From Auanema rhodensis (Eukaryota; Animalia; Nematoda): a DNA stretch of 64,000 bases. This document shows positions 51,285 to 64,000 of the stretch, piece by piece. A model generated the notes under the pieces. The model was not told where the DNA came from. It saw only the letters and a program-made list of their open reading frames with translations, and searched no databases. The stretch is taken from the NCBI GenBank assembly GCA_964057225.1, contig OZ059895.1:23976025-24040024 (forward strand). The letters are read 5' to 3'. The position numbers were made by a program, and so were the translations under genes. Numbering within the stretch: position 1 is the stretch's first letter; each line of letters opens with the position of its first letter.

Positions 51285-54200
51285 TAATTTATGCTAATTA
51301 AATGTACACGTGATGTGCACTTGGTATGTAACTCGCTTCACGTGAAAGATAAAGAGATGCGGTTTTCAAAATTAGATTCCCCATGTCCATATTAGTCTAA
51401 AAACAAATTTTTATTGATATTGGTGCATGATAACCATGACTTTGAATTTTACGTGAACTTTAATTTATGCTAATTAAATGTACACGTGATGTGCACTTGG
51501 TATGTAACTCGCTTCACGTGAAAGATAAAGAGATGCGGTTTTCAAAATTAGATTCCCCATGTCCATATTAGTCTAAAAACAAATTTTTATTGATATTGGT
51601 GCATGGTAACCATGACTTTGAAATTTACGTGAACTTTAATTTATGCTAATTAAATGTACACGTGATGTGCACTTGGTATGTAACTCGCTTCACGTGAAAG
51701 ATAAAGAGATGCGGTTTTCAAAATTAGATTCCCCATGTCCATATTAGTCTAAAAACAAATTTTTATTGATATTGGTGCATGGTAACCATGACTTTGAAAT
51801 TTACGTGAACTTTAATTTATGCTAATTAAATGTACACGTGATGTGCACTTGGTATGTAACTCGCTTCACGTGAAAGATAAAGATATGCGGTTTTCAAAAT
51901 TATATTCCCCATGTCCATATTAGTCTAAAAACAAATTTTTATTGATATTGGTTCATGGTAACCATGACTTTGAATTTTACGTGAACTTTAATTTATGCTA
52001 ATTAAATGTACACGTGATGTGCACTTGGTATGTAACTCGCTTCACGTGAAAGATAAAGAGATGCGGTTTTCAAAATTAGATTCCCCATGTCCATATTAGT
52101 CTAAAAACAAATTTTTATTGATATTGGTGCATGGTAACCATGACTTTGAATTTTACGTGAACTTTAATTTATGCTAATTAAATGTACACGTGATGTGCAC
52201 TTGGTATGTAACTCGCTTCACGTGAAAGATAAAGAGATGCGGTTTTCAAAATTAGATTCCCCATGTCCATATTAGTCTAAAAACAAATTTTTATTGATAT
52301 TGGTGCATGGTAACCATGACTTTGAAATTTACGTGAACTTTAATTTATGCTAATTAAATGTACACGTGATGTGCACTTGGTATGTAACTCGCTTCACGTG
52401 AAAGATAAAGAGATGCGGTTTTCAAAATTAGATTCCCCATGTCCATATTAGTCTAAAAACAAATTTTTATTGATATTGGTTCATGGTAACCATGACTTTG
52501 AAATTTACGTGAACTTTAATTTATGCTAATTAAATGTACACGTGATGTGCACTTGGTATGTAACTCGCTTCACGTGAAAGATAAAGAGATGCGGTTTTCA
52601 AAATTAGATTCCCCATGTCCATATTGGTCTAAAAACAAATTTTTATTGATATTGGTGCATGGTAACCATGACTTTGAAATTTACGTGAACTTTAATTTAT
52701 GCTAATTAAATGTACACGTGATGTGCACTTGGTATGTAACTCGCTTCACGTGAAAGATAAAGAGATGCGGTTTTCAAAATTAGATTACCCATGTCCATAT
52801 TAGTCTAAAAACAAATTTTTATTGATATTGGTGCATGGTAACCATGACTTTGAAATTTACGTGAACTTTAATTTATGCAAATTAAATGTACACGTGATGT
52901 GCACTTGGTATGTAACTCGCTTCACGTGAAAGATAAAGAGATGCGGTTTTCAAAATTAGATTCCCCATGTCCATATTAGTCTAAAAACAAATTTTTATTG
53001 ATATTGGTGCATGGTAACCATGACTTTGAATTTTACGTGAACTTTAATTTATGCTAATTAAATGTACACGTGATGTGCACTTGGTATGTAACTCGCTTCA
53101 CGTGAAAGATAAAGAGATGCGGTTTTCAAAATTAGATTCCCCATGTCCATATTAGTCTAAAAACAAATTTTTATTGATATTGGTGCATGGTAACCATGAC
53201 TTTGAAATTTACGTGAACTTTAATTTATGCTAATTAAATGTACACGTGATGTGCACTTGGTATGTAACTCGCTTCACGTGAAAGATAAAGAGATGCGGTT
53301 TTCAAAATTAGATTCCCCATGTCCATATTAGTCTAAAAACAAATTTTTATTGATATTGGTGCATGGTAACCATGACTTTGAAATTTACGTGAACTTTAAT
53401 TTATGCTACTTAAATGTACACGTGATGTGCACTTGGTATGTAACTCGCTTCACGTGAAAGATAAAGAGATGCGGTTTTCAAAATTATATTCCCCATGTCC
53501 ATATTAGTCTAAAAACAAATTTTTATTGATATTGGTTCATGGTAACCATGACTTTGAAATTTACGTGAACTTTAATTTATGCTAATTAAATGTACACGTG
53601 ATGTGCACTTGGTATGTAACTCGCTTCACGTGAAAGATAAAGAGATGCGGTTTTCAAAATTAGATTCCCCATGTCCATATTAGTCTAAAAACAAATTTTT
53701 ATTGATATTGGTGCATGGTAACCATGACTTTGAAATTTACGTGAACTTTAATTTATGCAAATTAAATGTACACGTGATGTGCACTTGGTATGTAACTCGC
53801 TTCACGTGAAAGATAAAGAGATGCGGTTTTCAAAATTAGATTCCCCATGTCCATATTAGTCTAAAAACAAATTTTTATTGATATTGGTGCATGGTAACCA
53901 TGACTTTGAATTTTACGTGAACTTTAATTTATGCTAATTAAATGTACACGTGATGTGCACTTGGTATGTAACTCGCTTCACGTGAAAGATAAAGAGATGC
54001 GGTTTTCAAAATTAGATTCCCCATGTCCATATTAGTCTAAAAACAAATTTTTATTGATATTGGTGCATGATAACCATGACTTTGAATTTTACGTGAACTT
54101 TAATTTATGCTAATTAAATGTACACGTGATGTGCACTTGGTATGTAACTCGCTTCACGTGAAAGATAAAGAGATGCGGTTTTCAAAATTAGATTCTCCAT

Positions 54201-57200
54201 GTCCATATTAGTCTAAAAACAAATTTTTATTGATATTGGTGCATGGTAACCATGACTTTGAAATTTACGTGAACTTTAATTTATGCTAATTAAATGTACA
54301 CGTGATGTGCACTTGGTATGTAACTCGCTTCACGTGAAAGATAAAGAGATGCGGTTTTCAAAATTAGATTCCCCATGTCCATATTAGTCTAAAAACAAAT
54401 TTTTATTGATATTGGTTCATGGTAACCATGACTTTGAAATTTACGTGAACTTTAATTTATGCTAATTAAATGTACACGTGATGTGCACTTGGTATGTAAC
54501 TCGCTTCACGTGAAAGATAAAGAGATGCGGTTTTCAAAATTAGATTCCCCATGTCCATATTGGTCTAAAAACAAATTTTTATTGATATTGGTGCATGGTA
54601 ACCATGACTTTGAAATTTACGTGAACTTTAATTTATGCTAATTAAATGTACACGTGATGTGCACTTGGTATGTAACTCGCTTCACGTGAAAGATAAAGAG
54701 ATGCGGTTTTCAAAATTAGATTCCCCATGTCCATATTAGTCTAAAAACAAATTTTTATTGATATTGGTGCATGGTAACCATGACTTTGAAATTTACGTGA
54801 ACTTTAATTTATGCAAATTAAATGTACACGTGATGTGCACTTGGTATGTAACTCGCTTCACGTGAAAGATAAAGAGATGCGGTTTTCAAAATTAGATTCC
54901 CCATGTCCATATTAGTCTAAAAACAAATTTTTATTGATATTGGTGCATGGTAACCATGACTTTGAATTTTACGTGAACTTTAATTTATGCTAATTAAATG
55001 TACACGTGATGTGCACTTGGTATGTAACTCGCTTCACGTGAAAGATAAAGAGATGCGGTTTTCAAAATTAGATTCCCCATGTCCATATTAGTCTAAAAAC
55101 AAATTTTTATTGATATTGGTGCATGGTAACCATGACTTTGAAATTTACGTGAACTTTAATTTATGCTAATTAAATGTACACGTGATGTGCACTTGGTATG
55201 TAACTCGCTTCACGTGAAAGATAAAGAGATGCGGTTTTCAAAATTAGATTCCCCATGTCCATATTAGTCTAAAAACAAATTTTTATTGATATTGGTGCAT
55301 GGTAACCATGACTTTGAAATTTACGTGAACTTTAATTTATGCAAATTAAATGTACACGTGATGTGCACTTGGTATGTAACTCGCTTCACGTGAAAGATAA
55401 AGAGATGCGGTTTTCAAAATTAGATTCCCCATGTCCATATTAGTCTAAAAACAAATTTTTATTGATATTGGTGCATGGTAACCATGACTTTGAAATTTAC
55501 GTGAACTTTAATTTATGCTAATTAAATGTACACGTGATGTGCACTTGGTATGTAACTCGCTTCACGTGAAAGATAAAGAGATGCGGTTTTCAAAATTAGA
55601 TTCCCCATGTCCATATTAGTCTAAAAACAAATTTTTATTGATATTGGTGCATGGTAACCATGACTTTGAAATTTACGTGAACTTTAATTTATGCTAATTA
55701 AATGTACACGTGATGTGCACTTGGTATGTAACTCGCTTCACGTGAAAGATAAAGATATGCGGTTTTCAAAATTATATTCCCCATGTCCATATTAGTCTAA
55801 AAACAAATTTTTATTGATATTGGTTCATGGTAACCATGACTTTGAAATTTACGTGAACTTTAATTTATGCTAATTAAATGTACACGTGATGTGCACTTGG
55901 TATGTAACTCGCTTCACGTGAAAGATAAAGAGATGCGGTTTTCAAAATTAGATTCCCCATGTCCATATTAGTCTAAAAACAAATTTTTATTGATATTGGT
56001 GCATGGTAACCATGACTTTGAAATTTACGTGAACTTTAATTTATGCTAATTAAATGTACACGTGATGTGCACTTGGTATGTAACTCGCTTCACGTGAAAG
56101 ATAAAGAGATGCGGTTTTCAAAATTAGATTCCCCATGTCCATATTAGTCTAAAAACAAATTTTTATTGATATTGGTGCATGGTAACCATGACTTTGAATT
56201 TTACGTGAACTTTAATTTATGCAAATTAAATGTACACGTGATGTGCACTTGGTATGTAACTCGCTTCACGTGAAAGATAAAGAGATGCGGTTTTCAAAAT
56301 TAGATTCCCCATGTCCATATTAGTCTAAAAACAAATTTTTATTGATATTGGTGCATGATAACCATGACTTTGAATTTTACGTGAACTTTAATTTATGCTA
56401 ATTAAATGTACACGTGATGTGCACTTGGTATGTAACTCGCTTCACGTGAAAGATAAAGAGATGCGGTTTTCAAAATTAGATTCCCCATGTCCATATTAGT
56501 CTAAAAACAAATTTTTATTGATATTGGTGCATGGTAACCATGACTTTGAAATTTACGTGAACTTTAATTTATGCTAATTAAATGTACACGTGATGTGCAC
56601 TTGGTATGTAACTCGCTTCACGTGAAAGATAAAGAGATGCGGTTTTCAAAATTAGATTCCCCATGTCCATATTAGTCTAAAAACAAATTTTTATTGATAT
56701 TGGTGCATGGTAACCATGACTTTGAAATTTACGTGAACTTTAATTTATGCTAATTAAATGTACACGTGATGTGCACTTGGTATGTAACTCGCTTCACGTG
56801 AAAGATAAAGAGATGCGGTTTTCAAAATTATATTCCCCATGTCCATATTAGTCTAAAAACAAATTTTTATTGATATTGGTTCATGGTAACCATGACTTTG
56901 AAATTTACGTGAACTTTAATTTATGCTAATTAAATGTACACGTGATGTGCACTTGGTATGTAACTCGCTTCACGTGAAAGATAAAGAGATGCGGTTTTCA
57001 AAATTAGATTCCCCATGTCCATATTAGTCTAAAAACAAATTTTTATTGATATTGGTGCATGGTAACCATGACTTTGAAATTTACGTGAACTTTAATTTAT
57101 GCTAATTAAATGTACACGTGATGTGCACTTGGTATGTAACTCGCTTCACGTGAAAGATAAAGATATGCGGTTTTCAAAATTATATTCCCCATGTCCATAT

Positions 57201-60200
57201 TAGTCTAAAAACAAATTTTTATTGATATTGGTTCATGGTAACCATGACTTTGAAATTTACGTGAACTTTAATTTATGCTAATTAAATGTACACGTGATGT
57301 GCACTTGGTATGTAACTCGCTTCACGTGAAAGATAAAGAGATGCGGTTTTCAAAATTAGATTCCCCATGTCCATATTAGTCTAAAAACAAATTTTTATTG
57401 ATATTGGTGCATGGTAACCATGACTTTGAAATTTACGTGAACTTTAATTTATGCTAATTAAATGTACACGTGATGTGCACTTGGTATGTAACTCGCTTCA
57501 CGTGAAAGATAAAGAGATGCGGTTTTCAAAATTAGATTCCCCATGTCCATATTAGTCTAAAAACAAATTTTTATTGATATTGGTGCATGGTAACCATGAC
57601 TTTGAATTTTACGTGAACTTTAATTTATGCAAATTAAATGTACACGTGATGTGCACTTGGTATGTAACTCGCTTCACGTGAAAGATAAAGAGATGCGGTT
57701 TTCAAAATTAGATTCCCCATGTCCATATTAGTCTAAAAACAAATTTTTATTGATATTGGTGCATGATAACCATGACTTTGAATTTTACGTGAACTTTAAT
57801 TTATGCTAATTAAATGTACACGTGATGTGCACTTGGTATGTAACTCGCTTCACGTGAAAGATAAAGAGATGCGGTTTTCAAAATTAGATTCCCCATGTCC
57901 ATATTAGTCTAAAAACAAATTTTTATTGATATTGGTGCATGGTAACCATGACTTTGAAATTTACGTGAACTTTAATTTATGCTAATTAAATGTACACGTG
58001 ATGTGCACTTGGTATGTAACTCGCTTCACGTGAAAGATAAAGAGATGCGGTTTTCAAAATTAGATTCCCCATGTCCATATTAGTCTAAAAACAAATTTTT
58101 ATTGATATTGGTGCATGGGTAACCATGACTTTGAAATTTACGTGAACTTTAATTTATGCTAATTAAATGTACACGTGATGTGCACTTGGTATGTAACTCG
58201 CTTCACGTGAAAGATAAAGAGATGCGGTTTTCAAAATTAGATTCCCCATGTCCATATTAGTCTAAAAACAAATTTTTATTGATATTGGTGCATGGTAACC
58301 ATGACTTTGAAATTTACGTGAACTTTAATTTATGCTAATTAAATGTACACGTGATGTGCACTTGGTATGTAACTCGCTTCACGTGAAAGATAAAGAGATG
58401 CGGTTTTCAAAATTAGATTTCCCATGTCCATATTAGTCTAAAAACAAATTTTTATTGATATTGGTGCATGGTAACCATGACTTTGAATTTTACGTGAACT
58501 TTAATTTATGCTAATTAAATGTACACGTGATGTGCACTTGGTATGTAACTCGCTTCACGTGAAAGATAAAGAGATGCGGTTTTCAAAATTAGATTCCCCA
58601 TGTCCATATTAGTCTAAAAACAAATTTTTATTGATATTGGTGCATGGTAATCATGACTTTGAAATTTACGTGAACTTTAATTTATGCTAATTAAATGTAC
58701 ACGTGATGTGCACTTGGTATGTAACTCGCTTCACGTGAAAGATAAAGAGATGCGGTTTTCAAAATTAGATTTCCCATGTCCATATTAGTCTAAAAACAAA
58801 TTTTTATTGATATTGGTTCATGGTAACCATGACTTTGAAATTTACGTGAACTTTAATTTATGCTAATTAAATGTACACGTGATGTGCACTTGGTATGTAA
58901 CTCGCTTCACGTGAAAGATAAAGAGATGCGGTTTTCAAAATTAGATTCCCCATGTCCATATTAGTCTAAAAACAAATTTTTATTGATATTGGTGCATGGT
59001 AACCATGACTTTGAAATTTACGTGAACTTTAATTTATGCTAATTAAATGTACACGTGATGTGCACTTGGTATGTAACTCGCTTCACGAGAAAGATAAAGA
59101 GATGCGGTTTTCAAATTAGATTCCCCATGTCCATATTAGTCTAAAAACAAATTTTTATTGATATTGGTGCATGATAACCATGACTTTGAATTTTACGTGA
59201 ACTTTAATTTATGCTAATTAAATGTACACGTGATGTGCACTTGGTATGTAACTCGCTTCACGTGAAAGATAAAGAGATGCGGTTTTCAAAATTAGATTCC
59301 CCATGTCCATATTAGTCTAAAAACAAATTTTTATTGATATTGGTGCATGGTAACCATGACTTTGAAATTTACGTGAACTTTAATTTATGCTAATTAAATG
59401 TACACGTGATGTGCACTTGGTATGTAACTCGCTTCACGTGAAAGATAAAGAGATGCGGTTTTCAAAATTAGATTCCCCATGTCCATATTAGTCTAAAAAC
59501 AAATTTTTATTGATATTGGTGCATGGTAACCATGACTTTGAAATTTACGTGAACTTTAATTTATGCTAATTAAATGTACACGTGATGTGCACTTGGTATG
59601 TAACTCGCTTCACGTGAAAGATAAAGAGATGCGGTTTTCAAAATTAGATTCCCCATGTCCATATTAGTCTAAAAACAAATTTTTATTGATATTGGTGCAT
59701 GATAACCATGACTTTGAATTTTACGTGAACTTTAATTTATGCTAATTAAATGTACACGTGATGTGCACTTGGTATGTAACTCGCTTCACGTGAAAGATAA
59801 AGAGATGCGGTTTTCAAAATTAGATTCCCCATGTCCATATTGGTCTAAAAACAAATTTTTATTGATATTGGTGCATGGTAACCATGACTTTGAATTTTAC
59901 GTGAACTTTAATTTATGCTAATTAAATGTACACGTGATGTGCACTTGGTATGTAACTCGCTTCACGTGAAAGATAAAGAGATGCGGTTTTCAAAATTAGA
60001 TTCCCCATGTCCATATTAGTCTAAAAACAAATTTTTATTGATATTGGTTCATGGTAACCATGACTTTGAAATTTACGTGAACTTTAATTTATGCTAATTA
60101 AATGTACACGTGATGTGCACTTGGTATGTAACTCGCTTCACGTGAAAGATAAAGAGATGCGGTTTTCAAAATTAGATTCCCCATGTCCATATTAGTCTAA

Positions 60201-63200
60201 AAACAAATTTTTATTGATATTGGTTCATGGTAACCATGACTTTGAATTTTACGTGAACTTTAATTTATGCTAATTAAATGTACACGTGATGTGCACTTGG
60301 TATGTAACTCGCTTCACGTGAAAGATAAAGAGATGCGGTTTTCAAATTAGATTCCCCATGTCCATATTAGTCTAAAAACAAATTTTTATTGATATTGGTG
60401 CATGGTAATCATGACTTTGAAATTTACGTGAACTTTAATTTATGCTAATTAAATGTACACGTGATGTGCACTTGGTATGTAACTCGCTTCACGTGAAAGA
60501 TAAAGAGATGCGGTTTTCAAAATTAGATTCCCCATGTCCATATTAGTCTAAAAACAAATTTTTATTGATATTGGTTCATGGTAACCATGACTTTGAATTT
60601 TACGTGAACTTTAATTTATGCTAATTAAATGTACACGTGATGTGCACTTGGTATGTAACTCGCTTCACGTGAAAGATAAAGAGATGCGGTTTTCAAAATT
60701 AGATTCCCCATGTCCATATTAGTCTAAAAACAAATTTTTATTGATATTGGTGCATGGTAATCATGACTTTGAAATTTACGTGAACTTTAATTTATGCTAA
60801 TTAAATGTACACGTGATGTGCACTTGGTATGTAACTCGCTTCACGTGAAAGATAAAGAGATGCGGTTTTCAAAATTAGATTCCCCATGTCCATATTAGTC
60901 TAAAAACAAATTTTTATTGATATTGGTTCATGGTAACCATGACTTTGAAATTTACGTGAACTTTAATTTATGCTAATTAAATGTACACGTGATGTGCACT
61001 TGGTATGTAACTCGCTTCACGTGAAAGATAAAGAGATGCGGTTTTCAAAATTAGATTCCCCATGTCCATATTAGTCTAAAAACAAATTTTTATTGATATT
61101 GGTTCATGGTAACCATGACTTTGAAATTTACGTGAACTTTAATTTATGCTAATTAAATGTACACGTGATGTGCACTTGGTATGTAACTCGCTTCACGTGA
61201 AAGATAAAGAGATGCGGTTTTCAAAATTAGATTCCCCATGTCCATATTGGTCTAAAAACAAATTTTTATTGATATTGGTGCATGGTAACCATGACTTTGA
61301 AATTTACGTGAACTTTAATTTATGCTAATTAAATGTACACGTGATGTGCACTTGGTATGTAACTCGCTTCACGTGAAAGATAAAGAGATGCGGTTTTCAA
61401 AATTAGATTCCCATGTCCATATTAGTCTAAAAACAAATTTTTATTGATATTGGTGCATGGTAACCATGACTTTGAAATTTACGTGAACTTTAATTTATGC
61501 AAATTAAATGTACACGTGATGTGCACTTGGTATGTAACTCGCTTCACGTGAAAGATAAAGAGATGCGGTTTTCAAAATTAGATTCCCCATGTCCATATTA
61601 GTCTAAAAACAAATTTTTATTGATATTGGTGCATGGTAACCATGACTTTGAATTTTACGTGAACTTTAATTTATGCTAATTAAATGTACACGTGATGTGC
61701 ACTTGGTATGTAACTCGCTTCACGTGAAAGATAAAGAGATGCGGTTTTCAAAATTAGATTCCCCATGTCCATATTAGTCTAAAAACAAATTTTTATTGAT
61801 ATTGGTGCATGGTAACCATGACTTTGAAATTTACGTGAACTTTAATTTATGCTAATTAAATGTACACGTGATGTGCACTTGGTATGTAACTCGCTTCACG
61901 TGAAAGATAAAGAGATGCGGTTTTCAAAATTAGATTCCCCATGTCCATATTAGTCTAAAAACAAATTTTTATTGATGTTGGTGCATGGTAACCATGACTT
62001 TGAAATTTACGTGAACTTTAATTTATGCTAATTAAATGTACACGTGATGTGCACTTGGTATGTAACTCGCTTCACGTGAAAGATAAAGAGATGCGGTTTT
62101 CAAAATTATATTCCTCATGTCCATATTAGTCTAAAAACAAATTTTTATTGATATTGGTTCATGGTAACCATGACTTTGAAATTTACGTGAACTTTAATTT
62201 ATGCTAATTAAATGTACACGTGATGTGCACTTGGTATGTAACTCGCTTCACGTGAAAGATAAAGAGATGCGGTTTTCAAAATTAGATTCCCCATGTCCAT
62301 ATTAGTCTAAAAACAAATTTTTATTGATATTGGTGCATGGTAACCATGACTTTGAAATTTACGTGAACTTTAATTTATGCAAATTAAATGTACACGTGAT
62401 GTGCACTTGGTATGTAACTCGCTTCACGTGAAAGATAAAGAGATGCGGTTTTCAAAATTAGATTCCCCATGTCCATATTAGTCTAAAAACAAATTTTTAT
62501 TGATATTGGTGCATGGTAACCATGACTTTGAATTTTACGTGAACTTTAATTTATGCTAATTAAATGTACACGTGATGTGCACTTGGTATGTAACTCGCTT
62601 CACGTGAAAGATAAAGAGATGCGGTTTTCAAAATTAGATTCCCCATGTCCATATTAGTCTAAAAACAAATTTTTATTGATATTGGTGCATGGTAACCATG
62701 ACTTTGAAATTTACGTGAACTTTAATTTATGCTAATTAAATGTACACGTGATGTGCACTTGGTATGTAACTCGCTTCACGTGAAAGATAAAGAGATGCGG
62801 TTTTCAAAATTAGATTCCCCATGTCCATATTAGTCTAAAAACAAATTTTTATTGATATTGGTGCATGGTAACCATGACTTTGAAATTTACGTGAACTTTA
62901 ATTTATGCTAATTAAATGTACACGTGATGTGCACTTGGTATGTAACTCGCTTCACGTGAAAGATAAAGAGATGCGGTTTTCAAAATTAGATTCCCCATGT
63001 CCATATTAGTCTAAAAACAAATTTTTATTGATATTGCTTCATGGTAACCATGACTTTGAAATTTACGTGAACTTTAATTTATGCTAATTAAATGTACACG
63101 TGATGTGCACTTGGTATGTAACTCGCTTCACGTGAAAGATAAAGAGATGCGGTTTTCAAAATTATATTCCCCATGTCCATATTAGTCTAAAAACAAATTT

Positions 63201-64000
63201 TTATTGATATTGGTTCATGGTAACCATGACTTTGAAATTTACGTGAACTTTAATTTATGCTAATTAAATGTACACATGATGTGCACTTGGTATGTAACTC
63301 GCTTCACGTGAAAGATAAAGAGATGCGGTTTTCAAAATTAGATTCCCCATGTCCATATTAGTCTAAAAACAAATTTTTATTGATATTGGTGCATGGTAAC
63401 CATGACTTTGAAATTTACGTGAACTTTAATTTATGCTAATTAAATGTACACGTGATGTGCACTTGGTATGTAACTCGCTTCACGTGAAAGATAAAGAGAT
63501 GCGGTTTTCAAAATTAGATTCCCCATGTCCATATTAGTCTAAAAACAAATTTTTATTGATATTGGTGCATGGTAACCATGACTTTGAATTTTACGTGAAC
63601 TTTAATTTATGCTAATTAAATGTACACGTGATGTGCACTTGGTATGTAACTCGCTTCACGTGAAAGATAAAGAGATGCGGTTTTCAAAATTAGATTCCCC
63701 ATGTCCATATTAGTCTAAAAACAAATTTTTATTGATATTGGTGCATGGTAATCATGACTTTGAAATTTACGTGAACTTTAATTTATGCTAATTAAATGTA
63801 CACGTGATGTGCACTTGGTATGTAACTCGCTTCACGTGAAAGATAAAGAGATGCGGTTTTCAAAATTAGATTCCCCATGTCCATATTAGTCTAAAAACAA
63901 ATTTTTATTGATATTGGTTCATGGTAACCATGACTTTGAAATTTACGTGATGTGAACTTTAATTTATGCTAATTAAATGTACACGTGATGTGCACTTGGT
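51285..64000. repeat. 176-bp satellite tandem array, segment 3 (continues beyond window end)
   Basis: Resumes at monomer position 4 (TAATTTATGC). It carries variants enriched in the right part of the window: ATGCAAATT, CATGATAAC, TTATATTC, TATTGGTC and GTAATCAT. Confidence 0.99.

Noticed and set aside
52523-61328. Four near-identical 60-aa ORFs (52523, 54459, 59739, 61146)
   Set aside because: These are satellite monomers in which a TAG-to-TGG SNP removes a stop codon. There is no evidence of coding function.
1-64000. CRISPR array or prokaryotic retron/DGR system (repeats plus RT)
   Set aside because: The repeats are contiguous with no unique spacers and there are no cas or accessory genes. 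The RT motifs are of eukaryotic non-LTR type.
1-64000. Definite assignment as a functional centromere, or to a named species or satellite family
   Set aside because: Monomer size, homogeneity and dyads are suggestive only. I do not recognise the monomer, and CENP-A data or a database search would be needed.

Overview
Eukaryotic, probably animal, satellite DNA with no host genes. About 94% of the window is a head-to-tail array of roughly 345 copies of an AT-rich 176-bp monomer, all in one orientation. It is very homogeneous, has local higher-order repeats (HORs) and position-restricted variants, and includes ten copies of a 125-bp deletion monomer. Two young, 5'-truncated non-LTR retrotransposons of the CR1/L2/Jockey-like group interrupt the array: element A (16723-18839, minus) and element B (49716-51284, plus). 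They belong to two distinct families, about 50-60% amino-acid identity by eye, and both reading frames are uninterrupted. Main observations: (1) the two otherwise diverged 3' UTRs share a ~150-nt block that folds into the same four-way-junction RNA, with many compensatory base changes and invariant internal loops; (2) element B's 5' truncation point carries nine tandem copies of its own first 19 nt, suggesting reiterative copying by the RT; (3) a neighbouring 5002-bp HOR copy provides the empty site for element A and implies a ~649-bp target deletion rather than a TSD; (4) insertions and rearrangements fall in or at the edges of the monomer's dyad symmetries. All counts and alignments were done by eye.
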